This document shows, piece after piece, positions 19,174 through 28,596 of a DNA stretch of 64,000 nt. The position numbers and the translations under genes were made by a program. This DNA comes from a virus. Taxonomy: Duplodnaviria; Caudoviricetes. Every line of letters starts with the position of its first letter. Position 1 is the first letter of the stretch. The notes under the pieces are model-generated. The model did not search any database. It had not been told where the DNA came from and worked only from the letters and a program-made list of their open reading frames with translations. The stretch is from positions 1,534 through 65,533 of IMG/VR virus record IMGVR_UViG_2786546475_000043; one strand, 5' to 3'.

Positions 19174-22100
19174 ATGGCAGCAATTATTCAATTCCGTAGA
19201 GACACCGCCGCCAACTGGACTTCTAATAACCCCACGATGGCCCTTGGGGAAATCGGATACGAAACCGATGGTGGCGGCAATTACAAGATTGGTGACGGAT
19301 CAACCGTATGGACCTCCCTCGGCTACGGCGGTTTGGGGGACATCCACAGGACGCTGATCGATGCCAAGGGCGACCTTATTGTCGGTACGGCAGCCGACAT
19401 AGCGGGTCGGCTTGCCGTAGGAAGCGATGGGCAGCACCTCGTTGCCGACAGCAGTGCTGCTGGTGGCGTTTCGTGGGCAACCAGTACTGAGAGTATTGAA
19501 GACGTTGTTGGCGCTCAGTTCGTTACCAACGGATCGCACAGTGGAATTAGTGCCACCTATGACGACGCTGGTGACGGTGCCATCGACCTGAATGTCGACG
19601 ACTTTACGATCACCTTGGCTGGCGACCTGAGCGGTAACGCGACCATCACCAACCTTGCTGATGCGACACTGACTGCAACCATCGTTGCTGACGCGACAGC
19701 GTTGGGAACCGATACCACGGGTAACTATGTCGCCACAGTCGCTGGCACTGCCAATGAGGTTGAGGTTTCCGGATCTGGTTCAGAAACGGCTGCCGTAACC
19801 GTCGGTCTACCTAGCGATGTAACTGTCACAACCTCCCTTACCACTCCTCTGGTCAATATCTCCGGTGCGTCCATCGTCCTGGAGGGTGCTACCGCGAATG
19901 ACTTTGAAACCACTCTGACGGTCACAGACCCCACAGCAGATCGCACAGTCACGCTCCCGGATGCAACGGGAACGGTAGTTACGACCGGGAACCTGAGTGC
20001 CGCCACAGAGCACATCGAGGACACTGTCGCTGCCCAGTTGGTTACCAACGGCTCCCATTCCGGCATCGCTGCTACCTATGACGACGCCGGTGACGGTGCG
20101 ATTGACCTCAACGTCGATGACTTTACGGTCACCCTTGCTGGAGATCTTGGTGGTAGTGCCACTATTACCAATCTCGCCGATGCAACCCTCACCGCAACAA
20201 TCCAAGCGAACTCAGTTGCCTTAGGTACAGATACAACTGGTGATTACACCGCCAGTCTCGTAGCTGGCACCGGTGTCACTCTCACTAACAACAGTGGGGA
20301 AACTGCGACCCCGACCGTTGCTATCGGACAGGCCGTAGGTAGCTCAGACACTCCCACCTTTGGGGCAGTCACAATTTCTAATGCCGTCGCCAACGCAACT
20401 CACGCCGCTACCAAGGCCTATGTCGACAACGCCATCGCAGGTCTCGATTGGCATGAGGCTGTCAACTATGGCTCTGCTGCGGCATTGCCAAATACTCCGG
20501 CCTACGACAATGGGACTTCCGGGGTGGGGGCAACCCTGACCGCTGGTGCCCAGGTTCGCCTTGTCATTGACGGTGCGAATGCAACTACCGGAAATCGAGT
20601 TCTTGTTCAAGACCAGGCAACCGGAGCCCACAACGGCATTTACGACGTAACCGCTCAGGGCGCCGCAGGTTCCGCCGCGTGGGTGCTCACGAGGGCCACC
20701 GACTTTGATGGCGCACCCACTGGTGAGATCAAAGCGGGCGAAGCTGTTTACGTTCTGTCGGGTTCCTCCAACAGCGGGCAGGGCTTCGTGGTCACATCCA
20801 CAAGCGACCCGCATACTGTCGGATCAGACACGATCACCTGGACCCAGTTCACCGGCACCCAGGCGTTCAGTGCCGGTACATACCTAACGATTACCGGCAA
20901 CACCATCGACCATGATGCCTCTGGAGTTTCTGCGGCTGCTTACGGAAGCGCCACTCAGGTCCCCGGATACACCGTTGACGCTCAGGGCCATTTAACCGCT
21001 GCATCGAACACAACGATTGCCATCCCGTCAACCGCAATAACCGACTTCACTGAGGCAGTTCAGGACGTAACTGGGGCTCAGGTAGCCACCAATGGCTCTC
21101 ACACCGGCATAGCGGCCACCTATGACGATGCTGGCGATGGCGCTGTAGATCTTACCCTTACAGCTTCCGGCGTCTCTGCTGCCTCCTACGGAAGTGCGAC
21201 TCAGGTTCCGGGATACACAGTCGACACCTATGGCCGGTTGACTGCAGCATCGAATACGACAATCGCCATCCCGTCTACGGCTGTTACTGACTTCACAGAA
21301 GCAGTACAAGACGTATCTGGTGCCCAACTTGTTACCAACGGTTCGCACACTCATCTAACCGCCACCTATGACGATGCTGGCGACGGCGCAATTGACATTG
21401 CGCTAAATGTCACGGCTGTTACCGCAGCGGCTTATGGCAGCGCCACCCAAGTTCCTGGCTACACGGTTGACGCCTACGGACGTTTGACTGCTGCGTCGAA
21501 CACCACGATCGCCATTCCTTCAACAGCAGTGACGGACTTCACGGAAGCCACTCAGGACGTTGCGGGTGCCCAGGTGGCCACGAACGGTTCACATACGGGG
21601 ATCTCTGCCGCGTATGACGACGCGGGCGACGGTGCTATTGATCTGGCGCTTACCGCTTCGGGAGTTTCAGCAGCGGCGTATGGCAGCGCTACTCAGGTAC
21701 CGGGCTACACGGTTGATGTTTATGGGCGCCTAACCGCTGCGGCGAACACAACGATCGCTATTCCCTCGACAGCAGTTACGGACTTTACGGAAGCTGTCCA
21801 GGATGTCTCTGGCGCACAGCTCGCTACCAATGGATCACATACTGGTATTACCGCTACCTACGATGATGCCGGTGATGGCGCTATCGATCTGGCTCTCGTC
21901 ACAGAGAATGTTCAGGATATCGCGGGCGCCCAGTTGGCGACTAATGGAAGTCACACGGGAATCACTGCTACTTACGACGATGCCGGTGACGGTGCTGTCG
22001 ACCTGGCTCTGATTACCGAAAATGTCCAAGACATTTCTGGTGCGCAGTTGGCGACCAACGGCAGTCACACGGGGATCACCGCGACGTATGACGACGCAGG

Positions 22101-24285
22101 CGATGGAGCGATTGATCTTGCCCTTATCACGGAGAATGTCCAAGACATCGCGGGCGCTCAGATCGCGACGAACGGTACCCACGTTGGCCTAACAGCCGCC
22201 TATGACGACGCCGGAGACGGCGCAGTAGACCTGACGGTCGCAGCGACCCTTGGAACCCACACCTCTGGCAACTATGTCGCCACTGTCGCCGGTACCGCCA
22301 ATGAGGTTGACGTTTCTGGTTCCGGTTCTGAAACCGCAGCCGTAATTGTTGGTTTGCCTGCTGCCGTTACCGTTACTACTTCTCTTACAACTCCGTTGGT
22401 CAACGTGTCTGGCGCGTCCATTGTCATTGAGGGTGCAACAGCAAATGACTTTGAGACCACTCTGACAGTCACCGACCCCACAGCGGATCGCACAATCACC
22501 TTCTTGGATGAAACCGGCACCGTCTTCACAACAGCAAGTGTCCAAGCCCTAGCAAACGGTGTCACCGCAACGACTCAGTCGGCAAGCGATAACAGCACCA
22601 AGTTGGCCACCACCGCTTATGTGGATACGGGTCTTGGTGCCTTGAGCAGTGACTCAATCACTGACGCTGATGGCGACACGAAAATCCAGGTTGAAGAATC
22701 GGCTGATGAAGACATCATCCGCTTCGATACGGCTGGAACCGAGAGGATGTCGATTGCCGCTGATGGTACTGTCACCATCGTCGGGAATCTGACAGTCAGC
22801 GGAACCACAACTGAGATCAGTTCCACAACGATCACCGTTGACGACAAGAACATCGAGCTTGGTTCGGTTACTACCCCGACAGACGTTACGGCTGACGGTG
22901 GCGGACTCACCCTGAAGGGCACAACTGACAAGACCTTCAACTGGGTTGACTCGACCGATGCCTGGACATCATCCGAGCACCTCGCCCTTGCTACCGGCAA
23001 GAGCGTGTACATCGATGGTGTTCTCCAGTTGTCCAAGAATGCGCTCGCGGCCACTGTTGTCCTGGCTGATGGTGTTGCAGGAACAACACAGGCGCAGAGT
23101 AACAACTCCACGAAGGTTGCTACTACGGCTTACGTTGATGCTGGTCTTGGTGCTCTGAGTAGCGATTCGCTGACCGATACTGATGGTGACACTCTCATCC
23201 AGGTTGAAGAGTCAGCCGATGAGGACATCATTCGTTTCGATACTGCTGGCACAGAACGGATGACCATTGGTGCTACCGGCATAATCGCCACGACAGGCAC
23301 GAACATCACGTTGGCCAACGTCGCTTCTCCGACAGACCTCACTGCTGACGGAACTGGTTTCACTCTGAAGGGTGCTGCCGACTACACGATTAAGTGGAAC
23401 GACGTAGACGAACTTACCGCTGAACTTAATTACTGGGAATCCAACCAGAACATCGTTGCCACCACCCCGACGAAGGCTCTACATAGCGACTACAAGGACC
23501 ACGGTCTAGAAATAGGCACTATCGCTCTCGGCAGTACCATCCACTACGGAACGGCAACTGCTGGAAGTGCCACGACGATCACTCTCGCTGCTGGAGCATC
23601 GGCTGTGGACGATGCCTACAACACCTTCAAGATCAGGATCAGGTACGGCACCGGGATTGGTCAAGAACGAACCATCACCGATTACGTTGGTTCGACCAAG
23701 GTGGCGACTGTAGCCGCATGGACAGTCACTCCTGACGCAACCACCCAATACTCGATTATTCAGTCGTATGTCGACTATTCGGGTATCGCCACCGTTGGTC
23801 AGTCGCCCTCCACCACCGAGTATCTGATGGCAACTGACGGTTCTTATACTTATCTTGGTACTGGCTCTGGTGGAAATACTGCTATTTACACCTACAACGG
23901 TAGTTTGACCGCGAGATTTGATTACGGCGGTGTCACGCTCGGCTATTCAGGTACCAAAACCTACGGTCGGCTCACTAGCCACGCTACAGGAACTACTAAA
24001 ACAGCTTCCTACACGGCAGCTCTAGTAGACGAATCTTCTTATATTTGGATGAACGTCGCTAGCGCTAACACTTTCACTGTCCCACCGGCCTCGAGTGTCG
24101 CATTCGATAGCGGCACGATGATGACCATCATCCAATATGGGGCTGGACAAACAACTATTACTGCTGGTAGCGGTGTGACGCTTATCGCTACTCCAGGCTT
24201 GAAGCTTCGGGATCAAAACAGTGTTTGTACTATTGTTCATTACACAGCAGACACTTGGTTGGTATACGGGGACTTGGACGACTAA
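19174..24285 (+). CDS. Large modular tail fibre (Mtd/hyaluronidase-type N-terminus)
   Basis: IQFRRDTAANWTSNNPTMALGEIGYETD N-terminus; internal repeats; C-terminal receptor-binding-like domain ending TWLVYGDL. Confidence 0.85.
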   Translation: MAAIIQFRRDTAANWTSNNPTMALGEIGYETDGGGNYKIGDGSTVWTSLGYGGLGDIHRTLIDAKGDLIVGTAADIAGRLAVGSDGQHLVADSSAAGGVSWATSTESIEDVVGAQFVTNGSHSGISATYDDAGDGAIDLNVDDFTITLAGDLSGNATITNLADATLTATIVADATALGTDTTGNYVATVAGTANEVEVSGSGSETAAVTVGLPSDVTVTTSLTTPLVNISGASIVLEGATANDFETTLTVTDPTADRTVTLPDATGTVVTTGNLSAATEHIEDTVAAQLVTNGSHSGIAATYDDAGDGAIDLNVDDFTVTLAGDLGGSATITNLADATLTATIQANSVALGTDTTGDYTASLVAGTGVTLTNNSGETATPTVAIGQAVGSSDTPTFGAVTISNAVANATHAATKAYVDNAIAGLDWHEAVNYGSAAALPNTPAYDNGTSGVGATLTAGAQVRLVIDGANATTGNRVLVQDQATGAHNGIYDVTAQGAAGSAAWVLTRATDFDGAPTGEIKAGEAVYVLSGSSNSGQGFVVTSTSDPHTVGSDTITWTQFTGTQAFSAGTYLTITGNTIDHDASGVSAAAYGSATQVPGYTVDAQGHLTAASNTTIAIPSTAITDFTEAVQDVTGAQVATNGSHTGIAATYDDAGDGAVDLTLTASGVSAASYGSATQVPGYTVDTYGRLTAASNTTIAIPSTAVTDFTEAVQDVSGAQLVTNGSHTHLTATYDDAGDGAIDIALNVTAVTAAAYGSATQVPGYTVDAYGRLTAASNTTIAIPSTAVTDFTEATQDVAGAQVATNGSHTGISAAYDDAGDGAIDLALTASGVSAAAYGSATQVPGYTVDVYGRLTAAANTTIAIPSTAVTDFTEAVQDVSGAQLATNGSHTGITATYDDAGDGAIDLALVTENVQDIAGAQLATNGSHTGITATYDDAGDGAVDLALITENVQDISGAQLATNGSHTGITATYDDAGDGAIDLALITENVQDIAGAQIATNGTHVGLTAAYDDAGDGAVDLTVAATLGTHTSGNYVATVAGTANEVDVSGSGSETAAVIVGLPAAVTVTTSLTTPLVNVSGASIVIEGATANDFETTLTVTDPTADRTITFLDETGTVFTTASVQALANGVTATTQSASDNSTKLATTAYVDTGLGALSSDSITDADGDTKIQVEESADEDIIRFDTAGTERMSIAADGTVTIVGNLTVSGTTTEISSTTITVDDKNIELGSVTTPTDVTADGGGLTLKGTTDKTFNWVDSTDAWTSSEHLALATGKSVYIDGVLQLSKNALAATVVLADGVAGTTQAQSNNSTKVATTAYVDAGLGALSSDSLTDTDGDTLIQVEESADEDIIRFDTAGTERMTIGATGIIATTGTNITLANVASPTDLTADGTGFTLKGAADYTIKWNDVDELTAELNYWESNQNIVATTPTKALHSDYKDHGLEIGTIALGSTIHYGTATAGSATTITLAAGASAVDDAYNTFKIRIRYGTGIGQERTITDYVGSTKVATVAAWTVTPDATTQYSIIQSYVDYSGIATVGQSPSTTEYLMATDGSYTYLGTGSGGNTAIYTYNGSLTARFDYGGVTLGYSGTKTYGRLTSHATGTTKTASYTAALVDESSYIWMNVASANTFTVPPASSVAFDSGTMMTIIQYGAGQTTITAGSGVTLIATPGLKLRDQNSVCTIVHYTADTWLVYGDLDD
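19490..22240 (+). repeat. Protein-level repeats in the fibre: 9x YDDAGDGA, 4x YGSATQVPGYTVD
   Basis: Counted in the translation; codons differ between copies; boundaries approximate. Confidence 0.9.
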
Positions 24286-24288
24286 ACA

Positions 24289-24822
24289 ATGGTACAGAGC
24301 GGGCAAGGCCAAGAGCAGCCCAGAAAGGGCATAGTCCCCGACATCGTTGGGGAAACGATTAGTAACGCCAACTCTCAGATCACTTCAGCTAATTTTGATG
24401 TAGGAACGACTACTGCAACTCCCGCCCCTTCGGGGAATCCGGGGGTCGTGGATACGGTTGTCAGCCAGGTACAGACGGCTGGAGAGCTTTACATACTCGC
24501 GACAGATATCGACTACACCTATTACAGCCCCCATTTCCCCCCGTATTTCCCCCCGTTCTTCCCTCCACACTTCCCACCCTTCTTCCCACCTCACTTCCCC
24601 CCGTTCTTCCCACCCTTCTTCCCTCCGCATTTTCCACCCTTCTTCCCACCCTTCTTCCCCCCGTTCTTCCCACCATTCTTCCCGCCATTCTTCCCGCCCC
24701 ACTTCCCCCCGTTCTTCCCACCGTTCTTCCCCCCGTTCTTCCCACCACATTTCCCGCCATTCTTCCCACCGTTCTTCCCGCCCCACTTCCCTCCGTTCTT
24801 CCCACCGAGCTTTAAGGGGTAG
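24289..24822 (+). CDS. PASTA-like domain protein with a (F/H/Y)FPP x23 tail
   Basis: IVPDIVGETISNA..VVSQ..AG is PASTA-like; aa 82-173 are 23 xFPP units; 3 nt after the fibre stop. Confidence 0.8.
   Translation: MVQSGQGQEQPRKGIVPDIVGETISNANSQITSANFDVGTTTATPAPSGNPGVVDTVVSQVQTAGELYILATDIDYTYYSPHFPPYFPPFFPPHFPPFFPPHFPPFFPPFFPPHFPPFFPPFFPPFFPPFFPPFFPPHFPPFFPPFFPPFFPPHFPPFFPPFFPPHFPPFFPPSFKG
24532..24807 (+). repeat. 12-nt period coding tandem repeat (xFPP x23)
   Basis: 15 FFPP, 7 HFPP and 1 YFPP, with varied synonymous Pro codons. Confidence 0.95.
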
Positions 24823-24824
24823 GC

Positions 24825-25862
24825 ATGAAACCAATACACCCAAATCTTCGAGATCCCCATGACCACTGTCCTCACCACGAGGAGACAAGTCAGTGCACCG
24901 ACGATTGCAAGTTAGGATTTCTCAAGCGAGACATGTCGGCTTATGACTTTGAGATTCCGTCAGCAGACGGAACTAATCCCAACATCTTGGCCGACTCCAT
25001 AGGGAAGGTCACACTGCTATTCAATGTTGCGGCTGGCTGTGGTAATTATCCTCAAATGGTTGCGCTCAAGGTACTGGACGAGCACTACGCGGATGAAGAT
25101 AATTTTCAGATTAAGGCCATCGTTGTCGATGACTTTACTTGCCATGGATTCGGCGAGTTCAATGAGGGCCTAGAGGCATACGCCGAGAAGGAGCATGTCG
25201 ACGAGTCCTTTCGGGGTCTAAATGCTGGTCAGATAGCTGAGAAGTACGCCCGTGAACAGTACGAGGTTGAATTCGAGTTCTCTGAATGCATCAACGGGCG
25301 GTTCGATAAGCATCAATACGACCCGGAATGGCAACCTGGAACACAATATGAACAGGAAATGCATCCATTTTGGCAGTACCTACTACAGGTAGATCTTCTT
25401 CCGCGAGATGAAAACAACCTGCCCTACCATTATGAAGTCAGCCCATGGGCCAAAGAGGAGCAAGTAGTCGACTTAACCCAAGAAGGATTCCATGGGCTTC
25501 AGGGTAATTTCGAAAAGTTTCTCATCACTCCTGATGGTAAAAGTTTCAAACGATACGCGAATGGTTTCCTACTTGGCGAGCGTGATACTTCAGGAGCCAT
25601 GTTCCCCTGGTGGCTAAGTCCAGAGGAGCAGGAGGGTCCAGAATTTCTGACCTATCCAAATCCACTACAGCTCCGAGGAATCCAGGAATCATTGGCCACT
25701 CTCTGCGCAGACATCGACGCTCTGCTCGTGGGTGATGACAAGATTTACGATCCCGAGGAATTTGATGGCGACTATGTGCCCCCCACGGAATCAGCTAGGG
25801 ACGCCATTAGGAAATATGGGGACGAATTCACCAAGGGTCTCGGAGTACAGGAAACGGCGTAG
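24825..25862 (+). CDS. Glutathione peroxidase-like protein (Cys type, with insertions)
   Basis: GKVTLLFNVAAGCG, HPFWQYL, GNFEKFLITPDGK. Confidence 0.8.
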   Translation: MKPIHPNLRDPHDHCPHHEETSQCTDDCKLGFLKRDMSAYDFEIPSADGTNPNILADSIGKVTLLFNVAAGCGNYPQMVALKVLDEHYADEDNFQIKAIVVDDFTCHGFGEFNEGLEAYAEKEHVDESFRGLNAGQIAEKYAREQYEVEFEFSECINGRFDKHQYDPEWQPGTQYEQEMHPFWQYLLQVDLLPRDENNLPYHYEVSPWAKEEQVVDLTQEGFHGLQGNFEKFLITPDGKSFKRYANGFLLGERDTSGAMFPWWLSPEEQEGPEFLTYPNPLQLRGIQESLATLCADIDALLVGDDKIYDPEEFDGDYVPPTESARDAIRKYGDEFTKGLGVQETA

Positions 25863-25871
25863 TGCTAGCAT
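25863..25871 (+). promoter_or_regulatory. Extended -10 TGC-TAGCAT, leaderless start at 25878
   Basis: 6 nt to ATG; no SD. Confidence 0.6.
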
Positions 25872-25877
25872 GTTGCC

Positions 25878-26531
25878 ATGCCCGACGAGGACATGGATGT
25901 CGACTACGACCATTCCCTGGTCGAGCCCGGACACTTCGGGGATTCCTCAGATAACATCATAATTATTAAGAATCTTGTTGCGCCTGAAGATCTCAAGAGG
26001 ATCCATGAACTCCTTCCGGAAATTGGGATCTGGTATAACCCCAGTCCGAACATGTACAACGATGAAGGTATCTGTATCTACGACGCTCAGTACTGGTGGG
26101 ATCGCGTAGTCAATACTGCAATTCTCCGAGACAACTATCTCGAGCTCCACGATCTCATTGACAAGTACAACATGTTGGTCAAGGCAGCCATCGAAGACAA
26201 GTTTGGCTACAAGGTATTCATGCGACCACCTTCCCTGGTCCGCTGGCTGCCCGGCTGCGTCCAAGAACCCCATGCGGACAAACAGCTAAACGATGGAACC
26301 CCCAACCCGTTCCCCACCTATGACATCAATTCGGTCATCTATTGGAATGACGACTTCGAGGGTGGGCAGTTCTATTACGAGCAGCATGACATTGAGTTGG
26401 AAATCGAGCCCGGCATGGCCGTAGTCCACCCGGGTGATGTCCACTACCTCCATGGCGTCAAGCCGGTAACATCAGGAGTGCGTTGGACCAGTCCTGCGTT
26501 TACTACGATCACGAACCTAGGAGAGATGTAA
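25878..26531 (+). CDS. 2OG-Fe(II) oxygenase, prolyl 4-hydroxylase-like
   Basis: EPHAD, YWNDDFEGGQFYY, YLHGVKPVTSGVRW. Confidence 0.9.
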   Translation: MPDEDMDVDYDHSLVEPGHFGDSSDNIIIIKNLVAPEDLKRIHELLPEIGIWYNPSPNMYNDEGICIYDAQYWWDRVVNTAILRDNYLELHDLIDKYNMLVKAAIEDKFGYKVFMRPPSLVRWLPGCVQEPHADKQLNDGTPNPFPTYDINSVIYWNDDFEGGQFYYEQHDIELEIEPGMAVVHPGDVHYLHGVKPVTSGVRWTSPAFTTITNLGEM

Positions 26532-26532
26532 A

Positions 26533-27243
26533 GTGAAGATCGCTGGTTACTGCGGAAATCCATTCATGGCCATTATGTTGTACAAGGAAGTATGGCCGGA
26601 CCCACAAAACTTAGTTGACCGACTAGAAGCTGCTCTTGCTGAGAGCGAACACGAATATTTCTCCTGGAAGAAGGCCACCGTCGGAGATGTCGAGGAAATG
26701 CTCGATTATCGAGATTGTAGTGATTTTAAGATCAGCGAAGCAGTCCTTCCGGTAGGAGCAGACGGTTTCGAAGATCTGGGGGCCATCTACACGGAGTTCA
26801 TTGAGCCAGTCAGGGAGTGCGTTCACAACGATTACGCGAAGAGGTACAACCTCACCCTGGAGTTTGAAGAAGCAACCAACTTTGTCCGGTATTACGAGGG
26901 CCAACACTTCTCGCTACACCCCGACCACGGGTTCTCGTACTGCGCTACTACGTCCACTATTGCATGGCTCAACGACGACTATGAGGGTGGCGAACTGGTC
27001 ATCCCTTACATGGACATCAAGTTCACCCCGGAAGCTGGGGATCTCATGGTCTTCCCCTCGAACTACCCCTACGTCCACCAGTCGTTGCCAATAATCGGAG
27101 ACAAGCCGAAGTATTCAGCGGTCACGATGTATGACTACAACGATCGAAACCATCAGGATCACGGTCAACCACACGCAGCGCTCCAGTACGCACCGGGAGG
27201 ATCAACGCATGACGGACAAATCCAGTCTGCCTCTGCCGCTTGA
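26533..27243 (+). CDS. 2OG-Fe(II) oxygenase, prolyl 4-hydroxylase-like
   Basis: FSLHPD, WLNDDYEGGEL, FPSNYPYVH..KYS. Confidence 0.9.
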   Translation: MKIAGYCGNPFMAIMLYKEVWPDPQNLVDRLEAALAESEHEYFSWKKATVGDVEEMLDYRDCSDFKISEAVLPVGADGFEDLGAIYTEFIEPVRECVHNDYAKRYNLTLEFEEATNFVRYYEGQHFSLHPDHGFSYCATTSTIAWLNDDYEGGELVIPYMDIKFTPEAGDLMVFPSNYPYVHQSLPIIGDKPKYSAVTMYDYNDRNHQDHGQPHAALQYAPGGSTHDGQIQSASAA

Positions 27244-27706
27244 GGTCCTTAACCAGGGCGTAATCGACAACAATGTTGGGGATCGATTCGGGGGCCGAGG
27301 GTTAGCGGCCGGGGTAGCTGGATGGCTAAGCATTGCCATTGTCGACATTGACCCAGAGACCGGAATTTGCCACACAGCTTTCGCTGTGGAGAAAGAACAT
27401 CTCATGTTCACCGGCCATCTACACGGTGCCTGTATAACTGCCCTGATCGATACGTCGCTACCCCTAACCGTTTACCCGTTCGTCCCAATTGGCTCGGTGG
27501 TATTTGTCGGTCATCTGGGTGTCGATTACCTGAGTAGCGTCACGGAGGGCATTTGCGACGCCTACACGACAATCGAGTCTTTAGGTTCAAGTACAGCCGT
27601 GCTTAGAACCAAGGTTGAGAACAAGGGTCGATTGGTAGCCCTTGGAAATGGAACCTGCCACATCAAGAACTTCGACAACAGAAGCAAACTAACAACGGAC
27701 TCCTGA
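27209..27706 (+). CDS. PaaI-like thioesterase (hot-dog fold)
   Basis: GHLHGACITALID, HLGVDYL, GRLVALGNGT; SD GGAGG before the ATG at 27209. Confidence 0.85.
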   Translation: MTDKSSLPLPLEVLNQGVIDNNVGDRFGGRGLAAGVAGWLSIAIVDIDPETGICHTAFAVEKEHLMFTGHLHGACITALIDTSLPLTVYPFVPIGSVVFVGHLGVDYLSSVTEGICDAYTTIESLGSSTAVLRTKVENKGRLVALGNGTCHIKNFDNRSKLTTDS

Positions 27707-28596
27707 TGGAAGTAAATGTCATAAGAAATCATCAGAATCCTCCCGAGATTCGTCAGTGCCGTCCTCGTCGGGATTGGATGGATGAAAGCTACAAAAAGCA
27801 CGCCTATAAGTGCCTACCCTTAACTGCGGCAAACACACACGGGTGGGAAGTGGTTCTTCAACAAGATGTAACTGTGATTTTAGATGACTGGGAAACCATC
27901 CCCAGAGTCCTTGAAGGTCAAACGATTACCCATAGCATTTTTCAGGAGCAGCCCGAAGAAAAGGCTCCCCCTCCCCCACCCGGCAAACGTAGGTGGATAG
28001 GCAATCCTCCCGAGGGTTGGGTTGAGCCGGTCCATGTTCCGGAATCTGTGTTACCTCTTGAGCCGGAAATCCTCCAGACTTACGAACGCGATATTCCCAT
28101 GCCTTCTATCGTAGGAACCATCTCGTTGGCTGTTGATTGGGTCATGAATCCCGGCGAGGGTTACAGCACGTTTATTTCTGGTCCACCCAACTACTTCATG
28201 GACGGCATAGTTCCCCTGACGGCGATGATCCCAGGGTGGTGGCCTGATCCGTTTGCCATGAATTGGAGGATCACCACGCTCAATACTCCGATCACCTTTC
28301 CGAAGGGGATGCCTTACATGTGGTTCACCTTCGTAAAGGACGATTTCCTGCCGGACATCAGGTTCAATGTCAGCGGTACCTGGAATGATCCTGAGTTAAT
28401 GGAAGAGCGAGCCAGCTATGGGGCGGAAAAGAGTCGCAAAGAGATAGAGCAACCGTGGGTTTGGATGGGCGGACTCCGAACCGGCCTCAATGAACACGGG
28501 GAGAGAGTCGGCCCGAAACATGAAGGTCACCCAATTTTGGATGTACCGACTTATGAGGCGGGTAGGGGTTCGGTTTGGGACAAGGTGGATCAATGA
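27706..28596 (+). CDS. DUF6065-like protein
   Basis: RRDWMD...HAYKCLPLTAANTHGWEV, GPPNYF, FAMNWR, FPKGMP. Confidence 0.75.
   Translation: MEVNVIRNHQNPPEIRQCRPRRDWMDESYKKHAYKCLPLTAANTHGWEVVLQQDVTVILDDWETIPRVLEGQTITHSIFQEQPEEKAPPPPPGKRRWIGNPPEGWVEPVHVPESVLPLEPEILQTYERDIPMPSIVGTISLAVDWVMNPGEGYSTFISGPPNYFMDGIVPLTAMIPGWWPDPFAMNWRITTLNTPITFPKGMPYMWFTFVKDDFLPDIRFNVSGTWNDPELMEERASYGAEKSRKEIEQPWVWMGGLRTGLNEHGERVGPKHEGHPILDVPTYEAGRGSVWDKVDQ

Noticed and set aside
20900-22240. Fibre repeats as a possible CRISPR array or DGR template/variable repeat pair
   Set aside because: The repeats are in frame and differ at synonymous positions, with no spacers, no adenine-specific mismatch pattern and no RT or cas gene.
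24385-24888. Minus-strand ORFs rich in E/G/R/W/K over the xFPP repeat
   Set aside because: They are shadow frames of the 12-nt repeat; the plus frame has coupling to its neighbours and a folded N-terminal domain.
24825-25862. Selenocysteine recoding in the GPx-like gene
   Set aside because: The active-site codon is TGT (Cys) and there is no in-frame TGA.
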